Shown here: one piece after another, positions 10,341-19,676 of the stretch
Numbering within the stretch: the first letter of the stretch is position 1
Layout of the letters: the number at the start of each line of letters is the position of its first letter
NCBI GenBank assembly: GCA_035297365.1
Contig: DATGZA010000078.1
Span: forward strand, 1 to 43,334
Origin: Nitrososphaeraceae archaeon
GTDB taxonomy: Archaea > Thermoproteota > Nitrososphaeria > Nitrososphaerales > Nitrososphaeraceae
Direction of reading: 5' to 3'
DNA: 43,334 bases
The notes under the pieces: generated by a model
The model's database searches: none
What the model was told of the DNA's origin: nothing
What the model saw: the letters and a program-made list of their open reading frames with translations, nothing else
Made by a program: the position numbers and the translations under genes

Positions 10341-10402
10341 AGTCCAAAAATTGTGTCAAATTTGTTTCACCTCCTACTGACCCCATTCTATAAGTGGGTT
10401 CA
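10341..10402 (+). repeat. att-like site B (arm L1 GTCAAATTTGTTTCAC plus variant core CTACTGACCCCA)
   Basis: Shares the L1 arm with the sites at 13136, 17726-17771 (minus) and 42736. It is followed by TTCTATAAG-TGGGTTCA. Confidence 0.75.
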
Positions 10403-10462
10403 TTTACTTTGAATTTGATAATATATTTTGTAAAAACAATAAGGAGAAGAGAAATAGTCTAA

Positions 10463-10660
10463 ATGCCATTAAAATTATCTACAACAATAGGAAAAATCCA
10501 AAACATTCCCAATTCCAAAAATATAGTGATAATAAACGAATTTCTTGAATATATGTGATGTAATGGTTCTTCAGAGCATCATCAAAATAATAATTTAAAA
10601 GTTGTAATAGTATTTGGCAGTTGTTTGGGAAAAGATAATTCATGTATGTTATTATTGTCA
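10463..10660 (+). pseudogene. Gene 5' stub, copy 2, probably integrase N-terminus
   Basis: MPLKLSTTIGKIQNIPNSKNIVIINEFLEYM*CNGSSEHHQNNNLKVVIVFG with an internal stop; lies about 80 bp downstream of site B. Confidence 0.55.
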
Positions 10661-10922
10661 TCTATATCACTATTAAAATTCTCAATCATCTGAACATCCT
10701 AAATAAATATATTGTTTTGATTTATAACTATTTTTAAATAATTTATTCAAATTTTATTTCCGACATTTCGATTCTATAGTAATATATTGTTTCAATGAAT
10801 ATCATAACAAGTAACTGTTGAATTTAGGGGATAATCTATTATTATAAATATCCTATATAATCGAAAAATATGACTGTATATTCAATGTAATGTTTTTAAT
10901 ATCAAATAATTTTTCTTTATTA

Positions 10923-11807
10923 TTACATTTTTTCCAGTGATTGCCAAACTCCAGGTTGAATTCTTTCATCGATATATTTCCATATTCTAGGGGATATCTC
11001 CAATTCTGAGAATCTCTTTCTTAGTGATGGATGCATGCTAATATATATTCCATGACTAGTAATAATCTGGTTAGGCTTTGCTAGTTTAGTGAATTTTGCT
11101 GCCATACTAATACCGTAACCTAAAATATCGGTATAGGATTTTTCACCTAAAATATAATGAATAATTGAATGTTCACTAGCATCTATCCCTATCCTTACTT
11201 TCAAGGGGTCATAATTATACCGTCTTAAAATAGGATTTATCGCTTGGTCAATAATAGTAATCATATGAAATGCACAATTTATTGCGGAACTATAGGAAAC
11301 AGAATCGTTTGATTCTATAGGAAAATATATTATCACGGCATCTCCAACATATTTTAATATCTGTCCATTAAAACTTGAGGCGGCAACCGACATTTCTTGT
11401 GTAAACATCTGTATTATTGTAGCTAACTTGTCGACTGAAAAATCTCTAGTCATCAAAGTAGAATCAACCAAATCAACATAAAGTGCTACAAGTTTCAATT
11501 TAGAACCCACATGCTGCTGCAAAAACTGTTCAGCCATTTCTATTTTTGGCTTAAATCTAGAACCCTTTTCAAATGCTTCCAAGATTCTTGTTTCAGTTTC
11601 GGCAACGTATGTTTGAATATCTGTTATTTGTGGAAAAGTATTATTATCATCCAAAATTGTTTTGTCTTTATCTGACATGTATCTCGACAATTTACTTTCT
11701 CTTTTGCAAAAGATTATTTCATTCGTAATTGTAGATAACAAATCGACAAAATCCAATTCCTTTTCTTTAAAAAATGAATTATCAGAATTCAATTTGCGAA
11801 ACTTCAA
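10923..11807 (-). CDS. Class III adenylate/guanylate cyclase domain protein
   Basis: ALYVDLVDST (first metal Asp), LKYVGDAV (Lys plus second Asp), KVRIGID and DILG. Confidence 0.85.
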   Translation of the reverse strand: MKFRKLNSDNSFFKEKELDFVDLLSTITNEIIFCKRESKLSRYMSDKDKTILDDNNTFPQITDIQTYVAETETRILEAFEKGSRFKPKIEMAEQFLQQHVGSKLKLVALYVDLVDSTLMTRDFSVDKLATIIQMFTQEMSVAASSFNGQILKYVGDAVIIYFPIESNDSVSYSSAINCAFHMITIIDQAINPILRRYNYDPLKVRIGIDASEHSIIHYILGEKSYTDILGYGISMAAKFTKLAKPNQIITSHGIYISMHPSLRKRFSELEISPRIWKYIDERIQPGVWQSLEKM

Positions 11808-12043
11808 GTTTCTCTAATCTAAAAGAAATCAATACTTACATAAAAAGCCAACCTATTATCTAAAAAAACCACTATCGCAGAAAACCTGATGTAAAGTTGA
11901 TAATTAAAGAATAAGACAATCTATTGTTTACTGCTCTCATTTAATAACTGTTCTAATGAATAAATAAATTATATTCTATTATATTTGAGAAACAATTAAA
12001 GAGTTGAACATAGTAGAATGTACTAGGAAATTAGTGTGTTATA

Positions 12044-12886
12044 ATGGATTATGTTTGCCCTAACGTCTTAGTCAGTACACAATGGATAAATGATCATTTA
12101 AACGACCCAAAAGTACGATTTGTTGAAGTTGACTATAGTCCTGCTACAAGCTATATGCTTGGGCATATTCCCGGAGCTGTCCTCTTTGATTGGAAAAGAG
12201 ACATAATTGATTCATCTAAGAGAGATGTAATCTCAAAAGAAGATCTAGAGCATTTATTACAACGGATAGGTGTAGACAATGAGACAACACTAATTGTTTA
12301 TGGTGATTTGAAGAACTGGTTTGCAACATTTGCTTTCTGGATTTTCAAGTATTATGGATTTCAAGATGTTAGATTAATGAATGGTTCACGGAAGAAATGG
12401 TTTGACGAAAACCGACCACTTAGTTTAGATATTCCATCTTATCCAAGAGGGAACTTCAAAGCCTCTGACCCAGATAAAAGTATAAGAGTCTATATGAATT
12501 ATGTAAAAGAGGCATTACGCTCTCAAGACAAGGTACTGGTTGATGTAAGAACTAATGAGGAATATAATGGAAAAACACTTGCTCCAACAGAATATTCTAC
12601 TGAATATGGTCAAATGGGAGGACACATCCCTGGTGCAGTAAATGTACCTTGGGCTAAAATGGTAAATGAAGATGGAAGTCTCAAATCAGCAGATGAGTTA
12701 AAAAAACTTTATGAGTCGCTAAATGTTACACCCGATAAAGAAGTAATAACATATTGTGGGATTGGGGAAAGAGCAGCTTATACTTGGTTTGTATTGAAAT
12801 ATCTTCTTGGTTATCCTAATGTAAAAAGTTATGATGGTTCATGGCTAGAATGGGGTAATACTCTTGGGAATCCTATAGAAAAATAA
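12044..12886 (+). CDS. Tandem-domain rhodanese / thiosulfate sulfurtransferase
   Basis: Two GHIPGA motifs, LVDVR…EY.G, active-site YCGIGER and C-terminal YDGSWLEW. Confidence 0.93.
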   Translation: MDYVCPNVLVSTQWINDHLNDPKVRFVEVDYSPATSYMLGHIPGAVLFDWKRDIIDSSKRDVISKEDLEHLLQRIGVDNETTLIVYGDLKNWFATFAFWIFKYYGFQDVRLMNGSRKKWFDENRPLSLDIPSYPRGNFKASDPDKSIRVYMNYVKEALRSQDKVLVDVRTNEEYNGKTLAPTEYSTEYGQMGGHIPGAVNVPWAKMVNEDGSLKSADELKKLYESLNVTPDKEVITYCGIGERAAYTWFVLKYLLGYPNVKSYDGSWLEWGNTLGNPIEK

Positions 12887-13135
12887 CCATATTTTTAGCT
12901 ACTATTTCCATATAATGGATTTAGATTAGAAATTAAGCTTTTCTTGCAATCAAAAATTAATTACAAAAAATATTGCTTTTCAAAATGTGAGTTAAATAAA
13001 ATATTTTGTGATTTTAACAATAAAATGAAAAAGATGAATGTATTATTATTTTAAAAATAATATTAATAGTAATTGCTTAGAGAAATTACTATCAATTTGG
13101 TTAACATTTTTATAAAAATATAATGTTTATATAGA

Positions 13136-13175
13136 AGTACAAAAAATTAAGTCAAATTTGTTTCACAAACCACTG
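13136..13175 (+). repeat. att-like site C (arm L1 plus truncated core AAACCACTG)
   Basis: AGTACAAAAAATTAAGTCAAATTTGTTTCACAAACCACTG matches the minus strand of 17733-17771; similarity ends inside the core. Confidence 0.75.
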
Positions 13176-13738
13176 AGATAAATACAAAAATGTAGCTAAT
13201 CCTTGTATATTTTGTAGGGCGCATTTAATCATTATAATATGTTAATGTGTGTAACATATTCAATATTGTTATTTGAAAAGTACTGAACATTTCAATTACA
13301 ATGGACCTAGTAGATATGAACCTCTTTATGTGATTTATTTTTTTGGTGTCGAAAAGTCTAGATCTCTTTTATACTAATTTACAGACTGTATTACATTTTA
13401 TTAGCGAACCTTCACACTCTAATAAACTAGCTTTATTTGTTATGAAAATAAAATAATTATGACCCATCCTTAATTAATTGGCAAGTTAGAGTTAACTTCT
13501 ACATTGCGTAATGACGGAATGCGGTCACGATAACGTTTTGTGAGTAACTTAATATATCCTGTATGTTGCGAGTAAGAATAGTTTTTCATAAGCATAATCT
13601 ATTACTAATCCAGAGAATAAGTATTTTCACATTACATGGTAATTCACAGGTTAATGTGGAACTTATTTCAAGATTAACAAGAGCCAAAGTATCTCTTCAA
13701 CTCATAAACTTAAAACCTACCAAAACAAAGTAAAAATA

Positions 13739-14488
13739 ATGAATAAACTTGAAGGAAAAGTCGCAGTTATTACAGGCGGAAGTAGTGGCATAGGCCTTGC
13801 CACGGCAAAGCGGTTCGTCACTGATGGTGCATATGTTTTCATCACAGGTCGACGTCAAACTGAACTTGATGTAGCAGTAAGAGACATCGGTAAAAACGTC
13901 ACCGGTATTCAGGGTGATGTCTCAAATCTGGCAGATCTTGATCGGTTGTACTCGGTGGTAAAGCAACAAAAGGGACACATCGACATTCTGTTCGCCAACG
14001 CCGGGCTTGGAGAATTCGCCACATTAGGGGAAATTTCCGAAGCGCACTTTGACAAAACATTCGGTGTCAACGTCAAAGGACTTTTGTTCACTGTGCAAAA
14101 AGCTATTCCGTTGTTTCAGCACGGCGGTTCGATCATTCTAAATTCATCGGTCGCTGCATCCAAAGGAGTTGAGGGGTTTAGTGTTTACAGCGCAACTAAG
14201 GCCGCCGTACGTTCGTTTGCGCGCACATGGACGGTTGATCTGAGACGCCATAAGATCCGTGTTAACGCCATCAGTCCTGGTCTCATTGACTCACAGGCCC
14301 TCAGTAACTTGATGCGGAATGAGGAACATAGCGAACAACTCAAGAAGAACCTCGCGAGCACCGTGCCGTTGAGGAGGATGGGTACCGCTGATGAAGTCGC
14401 GAAGGTCGCCTCGTTCCTCGCTTCTGATGACAGCAGTTATGTCACCGGCATCGAACTGTTCGTCGATGGCGGTGAGGCACAAATCTAA
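13739..14488 (+). CDS. Short-chain dehydrogenase/reductase (SDR)
   Basis: TGGSSGIG, NAG, catalytic YSATK, IRVNAISPG and VDGG. Confidence 0.95.
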   Translation: MNKLEGKVAVITGGSSGIGLATAKRFVTDGAYVFITGRRQTELDVAVRDIGKNVTGIQGDVSNLADLDRLYSVVKQQKGHIDILFANAGLGEFATLGEISEAHFDKTFGVNVKGLLFTVQKAIPLFQHGGSIILNSSVAASKGVEGFSVYSATKAAVRSFARTWTVDLRRHKIRVNAISPGLIDSQALSNLMRNEEHSEQLKKNLASTVPLRRMGTADEVAKVASFLASDDSSYVTGIELFVDGGEAQI

Positions 14489-15004
14489 GTTATATTAGTC
14501 GTGGGTGTCTTGACGGGAGTTTAAAAATGACAAATAATAGAAACCCATTAATATTTGTGCGTTAGTTTCAAGATGCTAGTCAATGATCAGCGATAGGATT
14601 AAACGGATCAACTCACAAGCCAGACCAGAGAACATATAATGATTGTTTAACCCTATTTAAAATATTAGTCAAGGCACATCCGATCATTTTATGTCACATA
14701 AAGAAAGCTAATCTATCTAGAAGTTTAATATGAGAGATTAGAACCCCCATTCTATGTAGCATTATCATTTTGCTTTCAATTGTAATTAATTATTTCTTTA
14801 TTTGTTAATTTTACAACATTGTAAATAGACATACCCTCCTTCTTAATATGGTCATCTAGTAATGAAATGGTTCAATAGTCTAGTGGTTGAAGACATTGTT
14901 TATTTTTTAAAGACACAATAAGTATTTCAATTTTAAATTATATCTCAATTCATTAATAATTTCTGAAAAAAGGGTGTTATTAGCGTTTTTAAATCTTTAA
15001 AAAA

Positions 15005-15160
15005 TTGAGTAGATTTACATAATTCCACCATTGTTTTATGTGCTATCAGTTTATTTGTATTATAATTCGGGCCAAGATAATACTTATCATTATATAGTTG
15101 AACTTCAGCATGACAATCAAAACATATTGGAATAGCACTTAAATTAACATAGTCATGACA
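15005..15160 (-). pseudogene. Probable HNH endonuclease C-terminal remnant
   Basis: The minus strand translates …NLSAIPICFDCHAEVQLYNDKY…LIAHK, resembling the LCxxCH end of HNH domains. The N-terminal half is absent. Confidence 0.5.
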
Positions 15161-15365
15161 TCTATTAATTAAATTCTTAGTAATGTAAAGATTTCAAATT
15201 TAGTGAATCATTGCTTAATAATAATATAGATTTGAAATATTTTGCGTTCATTCAATAATTGACCTTTTAATAGAAAATTTATAATTTAATTATACTTTAA
15301 TTTAAATATGAGCTTTAACATAATAGAAGACATACTTACAAGATTTCATAACCAAGTTAATAAAA

Positions 15366-15668
15366 TTAATTCTTAATTATTGCTATTTTCCTTACTCCAA
15401 CAGTATCAACAATATAGTAATCATCAGCTATCTGAATAATATCTCCAAGATCTATTTTATTATGAGTTTTCTTTTCCCTGAGAGGTATTCCAAAAGGGAT
15501 ATCCTCTTCTTTAAATTTAAGCCAAATTCTACCTGGGTTTAAGATATTTTTGAATTCTGATTCCCATACTAGATCATATACAGTAAAGAGTGCTTGATTA
15601 CTAATTCTATTATTTTTAATTATCATTTCGATTTCAGGTTCTTTAAAGAAATACACCTTTACCTTCAT
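15366..15668 (-). CDS. Hypothetical protein (100 aa)
   Basis: ATG-started ORF with globular-looking composition; no family recognised. Confidence 0.6.
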   Translation of the reverse strand: MKVKVYFFKEPEIEMIIKNNRISNQALFTVYDLVWESEFKNILNPGRIWLKFKEEDIPFGIPLREKKTHNKIDLGDIIQIADDYYIVDTVGVRKIAIIKN

Positions 15669-15961
15669 AATTTAATTTTTTAGCTATTTTTTGATATTTA
15701 TTAATTATATTATTAATTATATTATTAATTGAACCTGACAATATGAAAATCTTCTAGTCTATGTCTTCATGTGTGTTGGCTAAGTTCGAACTTACCAGTA
15801 GTGTAATATTTCATGTAGTGGGTCTTGTAAAATAATAATAATTAATTAATTTGATAAATGAATTTTATAACAACTGTTTTAGCTAACCATAAGGTTGCAT
15901 ATACTCTGGAAAATATTTACCTCATAAAAATTAAAAGGATCTATTTTAAAGTAAAAAAATA

Positions 15962-16004
15962 ACTGGTCTCATTTGATAGAAGGGTTCAAATCCCACTGGC
16001 CCCA
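15962..16004 (+). repeat. att-like site D: tRNA 3'-end-like GGGTTCAAATCCCACTGGCCCCA preceded by a degenerate half-core
   Basis: T-loop TTCAAAT, T-stem 3' strand CCCAC, acceptor 3' strand TGGCCCC and discriminator A. No tRNA 5' half upstream; lies 51 bp before the integrase at 16056. Confidence 0.8.
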
Positions 16005-16055
16005 TTACTAACCTGTGTCTTTATTTAGACCCATTCGTAATATATTATGTAAATA

Positions 16056-16580
16056 ATGCCAATCGATGACACTTTTACAGAAATTATTTCAGAAATGGGA
16101 CACAAAGAAATGACTCCTTATCTGATGTTTAAATATGCAATTAAAACAGAGATAACTAGGAAATATTATGAAAGAAGATTAAAAAAATTCTTTGACTTTG
16201 TCGAATTTGAACTGACAAATCAGGGTATTGAATCTAGATGTAATAAATTTGTAGAAAAATCAAAAGGTAACACAAATTGGACATTAAGTCAGATAATAAG
16301 GTTTCTACAATATCAAAAAGAAAGGGTTGAAAATAAAGAGATAACAGCGGGGACACTAAAGAATTTTGTCAAATCTATAAAAGTATTTTGCGAAATGTCT
16401 GATATTTCCATTCCTTGGAAAAAGATTACAAGAGGATTACCGAATGCCAGACAGGCTGCAAATGATAGAGCTCCCACTGTAGATGAGATACGCAAACTTA
16501 TAGAATATCCTGATAGAAGAATCAAGCCAATCGTTTATACAATGATATCATGTGGAATTAGATTAGGAGCATGGTCAGAT
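16056..16580 (+). pseudogene. Tyrosine integrase A, truncated just after the catalytic Arg (GIRLGAW)
   Basis: Clearly paralogous to 16593..17705 (TLKNFVKSIKVFCEMSDI, DRAPT, CGIRLGAW). The remaining tail of the ORF to 16670 is largely antisense of integrase B. HxxR, H and Y are missing. Confidence 0.88.
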
Positions 16581-16592
16581 TATTTACCTTTG

Positions 16593-17705
16593 TCAATAGT
16601 TGGGCAAGTCCAGAATATTTTGGACAAAAGTATTTATCTTGAGAATAGTCAAATACTCTACTGCTTTTAGATAATCTGATAAAATTTCTTTTTCGGTTAT
16701 CTTGTAATAACAATCGGAAATTCCAATTGAATGTCCCATCAAGATTTCTATATTAATACTTTTCATGCCTGAAATTTCACATCGTGTCTTGAACCATTTC
16801 CGCAGTCCATGATCTGTCTGAAATTCATATCTATTTCTTTTTAAATTTGCCTTTTTCCTAATTCCTTGGGTCCAGAGAGCATCTTCCATCAATCGTTTAA
16901 TTCCTGAACATTTGAGTTTTTTAGGATTCTTTATGGTTCCATGGTGATAGTATCCTTTTTTTGTATCCCATAACTGCCTCATTATCCAACTATTTTTATC
17001 TATAAATTCACCACAATTTTCACGATATTGCATCCATTTTTCTAGTTCATGGTAAGTTTCAGGAGTTATAAATGAAAAATATTCTTCATCATCTCCAGCA
17101 TAAACAATAATTCTTGCTGCTATGATTTTACTATTACGTTCTATTTTTTGGATATGTCCCCAACGTAGATAATCCCATGCTCCGAGCCTTATTCCGGATG
17201 AGGCCATAGTATAGACAATTCCCTTTACTCGTCTGTCTGGATATTCACAAATTTTTTGCATTTCTTCTATTGTTGGTGCTCTATCCACTGCATGTCTTCT
17301 TATCTTTGGTAATCCTCTTGTAATTTTTTTCCATTGAATAGGGATATCTGACATTTCACAAAATAGTTTTATTGCTTTCACGAAATTTCGAAGTGTTGCT
17401 CCTGTTATCTCTTCCTTCACGACTCTTTCTTCTTGATATTGCCAAAATTTTACTACACAGTTAAAAGCCCAATTTGGATCTTTTGTTCCTTTTCTAGCAA
17501 AATAATTACATCTTTCTTCGATTGTTTTATTTGATTCTAAATTAATATAATTGAATAAAATTCTTAATCTTCTGATATAATAATCTCTAGTCACTTCCGA
17601 TCTAATAGCATATACAAATAATGAATATGCATTAGATCCTTCATAATTTTGTTCTATTTTCATTTTTTTTTGATTCACCTTATTTTTATTTTGCAGTGAA
17701 TCCAA
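16593..17705 (-). CDS. Tyrosine recombinase/integrase B, catalytic residues intact
   Basis: SGIRLGAW (R), HGLRKWF (HxxR), LMGH and CYY (Tyr nucleophile). Confidence 0.9.
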   Translation of the reverse strand: MDSLQNKNKVNQKKMKIEQNYEGSNAYSLFVYAIRSEVTRDYYIRRLRILFNYINLESNKTIEERCNYFARKGTKDPNWAFNCVVKFWQYQEERVVKEEITGATLRNFVKAIKLFCEMSDIPIQWKKITRGLPKIRRHAVDRAPTIEEMQKICEYPDRRVKGIVYTMASSGIRLGAWDYLRWGHIQKIERNSKIIAARIIVYAGDDEEYFSFITPETYHELEKWMQYRENCGEFIDKNSWIMRQLWDTKKGYYHHGTIKNPKKLKCSGIKRLMEDALWTQGIRKKANLKRNRYEFQTDHGLRKWFKTRCEISGMKSINIEILMGHSIGISDCYYKITEKEILSDYLKAVEYLTILKINTFVQNILDLPNY

Positions 17706-17711
17706 TTAGAG

Positions 17712-17771
17712 AACTAATATCACAATGGGGCCAGTGGTTTGTGAAACAAATTTGAGCTGAATTTTGGTCCC
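17712..17771 (-). repeat. att-like site E (arm L1 plus core at 17726-17737), directly upstream of integrase B
   Basis: The minus strand reads GGGACCAAAATTCAGCTCAAATTTGTTTCACAAACCACTGGCCCCATTGTGATATTAG. Confidence 0.85.
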
Positions 17772-17916
17772 ATCATAATCCTACGGTTTGAACTCGCCTG
17801 TAAAGTGGGGTTAGTAATTTTCCTGCAAACTAGAAATGTATCAACGAAAAATCAATCACGAGTAATGAATAGAAAATCAGCTAATAACAATGCTAAAAAT
17901 CCATTTCAAAAATTAT

Positions 17917-18628
17917 GGCTCTGTCAATTTAAGGTAATATTCACCGCTCCTAACTCAAAACAATTATTATTATTGTTTGCTATTGTATGATTATACATGG
18001 ATACAAAGAATTATATCCAGTTATATACTTGAAATAAATTACATTCAATTTGAATACATGAATAATAGTCATCAAAACTTTCTATTCTATCTTTCAAATC
18101 TCGTTAACCGTTCCATTAGACTTTTCTCCATTGAAGAATGTAGATAGTGTTTTAATCCAATTACTTTACATGCTCCATCATACCATGTACCTCCATCTGT
18201 GTATACAATATGTTTTCCATAGTTCGATACAAGAGATCTAATGAATTTTTCAACAAGCATGTTTCTCTCCTCTGAAATGCATATTCCAAGTACAGAACTA
18301 TGAATTGGTTCAATTCATATCCATAACCAGAAATGCTGGTGTCCGATTTGAATAACTGTTTCCTTTATAATAAAGGCAGACACTCTTTTTCTTTTATAGA
18401 TCTGACAGGATCCAAATCTCAATCCAGTTCCATACAGAAACATAACTTCTCTTCTCGTCTCTAAAAATTACTAATGCCTTAAGTATTTCTTAAACTTAAA
18501 CCAAGAAATTATAGATAAAGAGAATACATAACTATAACAGTGGATGTTCTATTTGTTTCAAATCTAACTTTCATACTATAAAGGGAACGTTCTCAGCTAT
18601 ATCTTTTACTGCTTAACTTAACAGATCC
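17917..18628 (-). mobile_element. Degenerate IS6-family element (about 712 bp)
   Basis: Ends GGCTCTGTCAATTTAA and TTAACTTAACAGATCC. The interior is homologous to 25237-25895 (YTDGG.W and DDYY remnants) with many frameshifts. Confidence 0.8.
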
Positions 18629-18805
18629 GAGAGAAAAACAAGCAAAAATTAACATAAAACGCTATCTTGATGAGAAAACCATATTAAACTCCATTTTAAT
18701 AGAAACTTAACTCCTATAATCCAAGTTCTTAAATTCTATTACAGTTATTTTCGGAACATATTAGAAGGTTTTGCTTACTGTCATGCTATTTCCTTTCATA
18801 ATATT

Positions 18806-19594
18806 TTATTTATAATTCTTTAAATTTTCAAAAATAGAAGTTTTATCCTCTTTAAATCTATTTGTAGTGAGATTTTTAACTAAAATTTTAATAGCTGTTT
18901 CATTCTCATTAAGTATATCTGTTAATTCTGTAACAGAAGAAGAGTAAGAAGGCGGTGTATGTTTATCGATAAATGAATAAATTATTTGTCTTTCCGAGAA
19001 TTCAAAATTATCTTTTCCAATTCTATGAATATCTCGTAAAATCATTTGTCTTAATGCCTGAAGATCATTTATTTTACTTTCATGCGCTGATATTTCCTTT
19101 TCAATTTCAATCAAACTATTTTTAAATAAGTCTAATAATAATCCAATTTTGTGAAAATTTTTGTTTTTTTTATTATGATAGTCTACTATTGATTTTTCAT
19201 GTTCTTTATATAATTTTGCATATTCTTTATATCTTGATTCTTTGATCTCATTATTTCTAATATAAAAACCATCTTGTGAGAAAACCATATTTACAGTAAA
19301 AGTGGAAGCAAGCTGATAGTATTTTCTATCAGGTGCACCTAAGTTACTTTCTTGGGTATATGTTTCTATTAATCCAGAGTCTTCTAAAATTTTCATATGA
19401 CGAAGAACAGATTGTTGTCCTATTCCGATAATCTTTGATAGTTGATTAAAGTATAATGGTTCTTTTGAAAGCAAAAATAAAATTTTTCTTCGAGTTGAAT
19501 TTCCAAGAATATCTAAAATTAAATCAGTATTTAGATTATCGTTTTTATAAATATTAGTACCAGATACGCTTCCAGATTCTATTGTGTCTTTCAT
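18806..19594 (-). CDS. ArsR-like HTH regulator with coiled-coil tail (Phr/HSR1-like heat-shock regulator)
   Basis: ILDILGNSTRRKIL…QQSVLRHMKILEDSGLI…GAPDRKYY plus a coiled-coil C-terminus; downstream of the thermosome gene. ATG 19594 is preferred. Confidence 0.8.
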   Translation of the reverse strand: MKDTIESGSVSGTNIYKNDNLNTDLILDILGNSTRRKILFLLSKEPLYFNQLSKIIGIGQQSVLRHMKILEDSGLIETYTQESNLGAPDRKYYQLASTFTVNMVFSQDGFYIRNNEIKESRYKEYAKLYKEHEKSIVDYHNKKNKNFHKIGLLLDLFKNSLIEIEKEISAHESKINDLQALRQMILRDIHRIGKDNFEFSERQIIYSFIDKHTPPSYSSSVTELTDILNENETAIKILVKNLTTNRFKEDKTSIFENLKNYK

Positions 19595-19676
19595 ATTAAA
19601 TACCTTTAATATCAAACCTAATTTTATTCATAATATTAAGTATAAAAAAATAAATTTATTATTAGAAATCAGACAT

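Noticed and set aside
14869-14898. tRNA 5'-half-like string GGTTCAATAGTCTAGTGGTTGAAGACATTG
   Set aside because: It resembles a D-arm, but no anticodon stem, T-arm or matching acceptor follows; it may be chance.
15698-15730. 12-bp tandem repeat TTATTAATTATA, about 2.7 copies
   Set aside because: Pure AT low-complexity slippage in an AT-rich intergenic region; no supportable function.
15982-16004. Intact tRNA gene
   Set aside because: Only the T-loop and 3' acceptor strand are present. The upstream sequence cannot form D or anticodon arms or the 5' acceptor strand, so it is treated as an att-like fragment.
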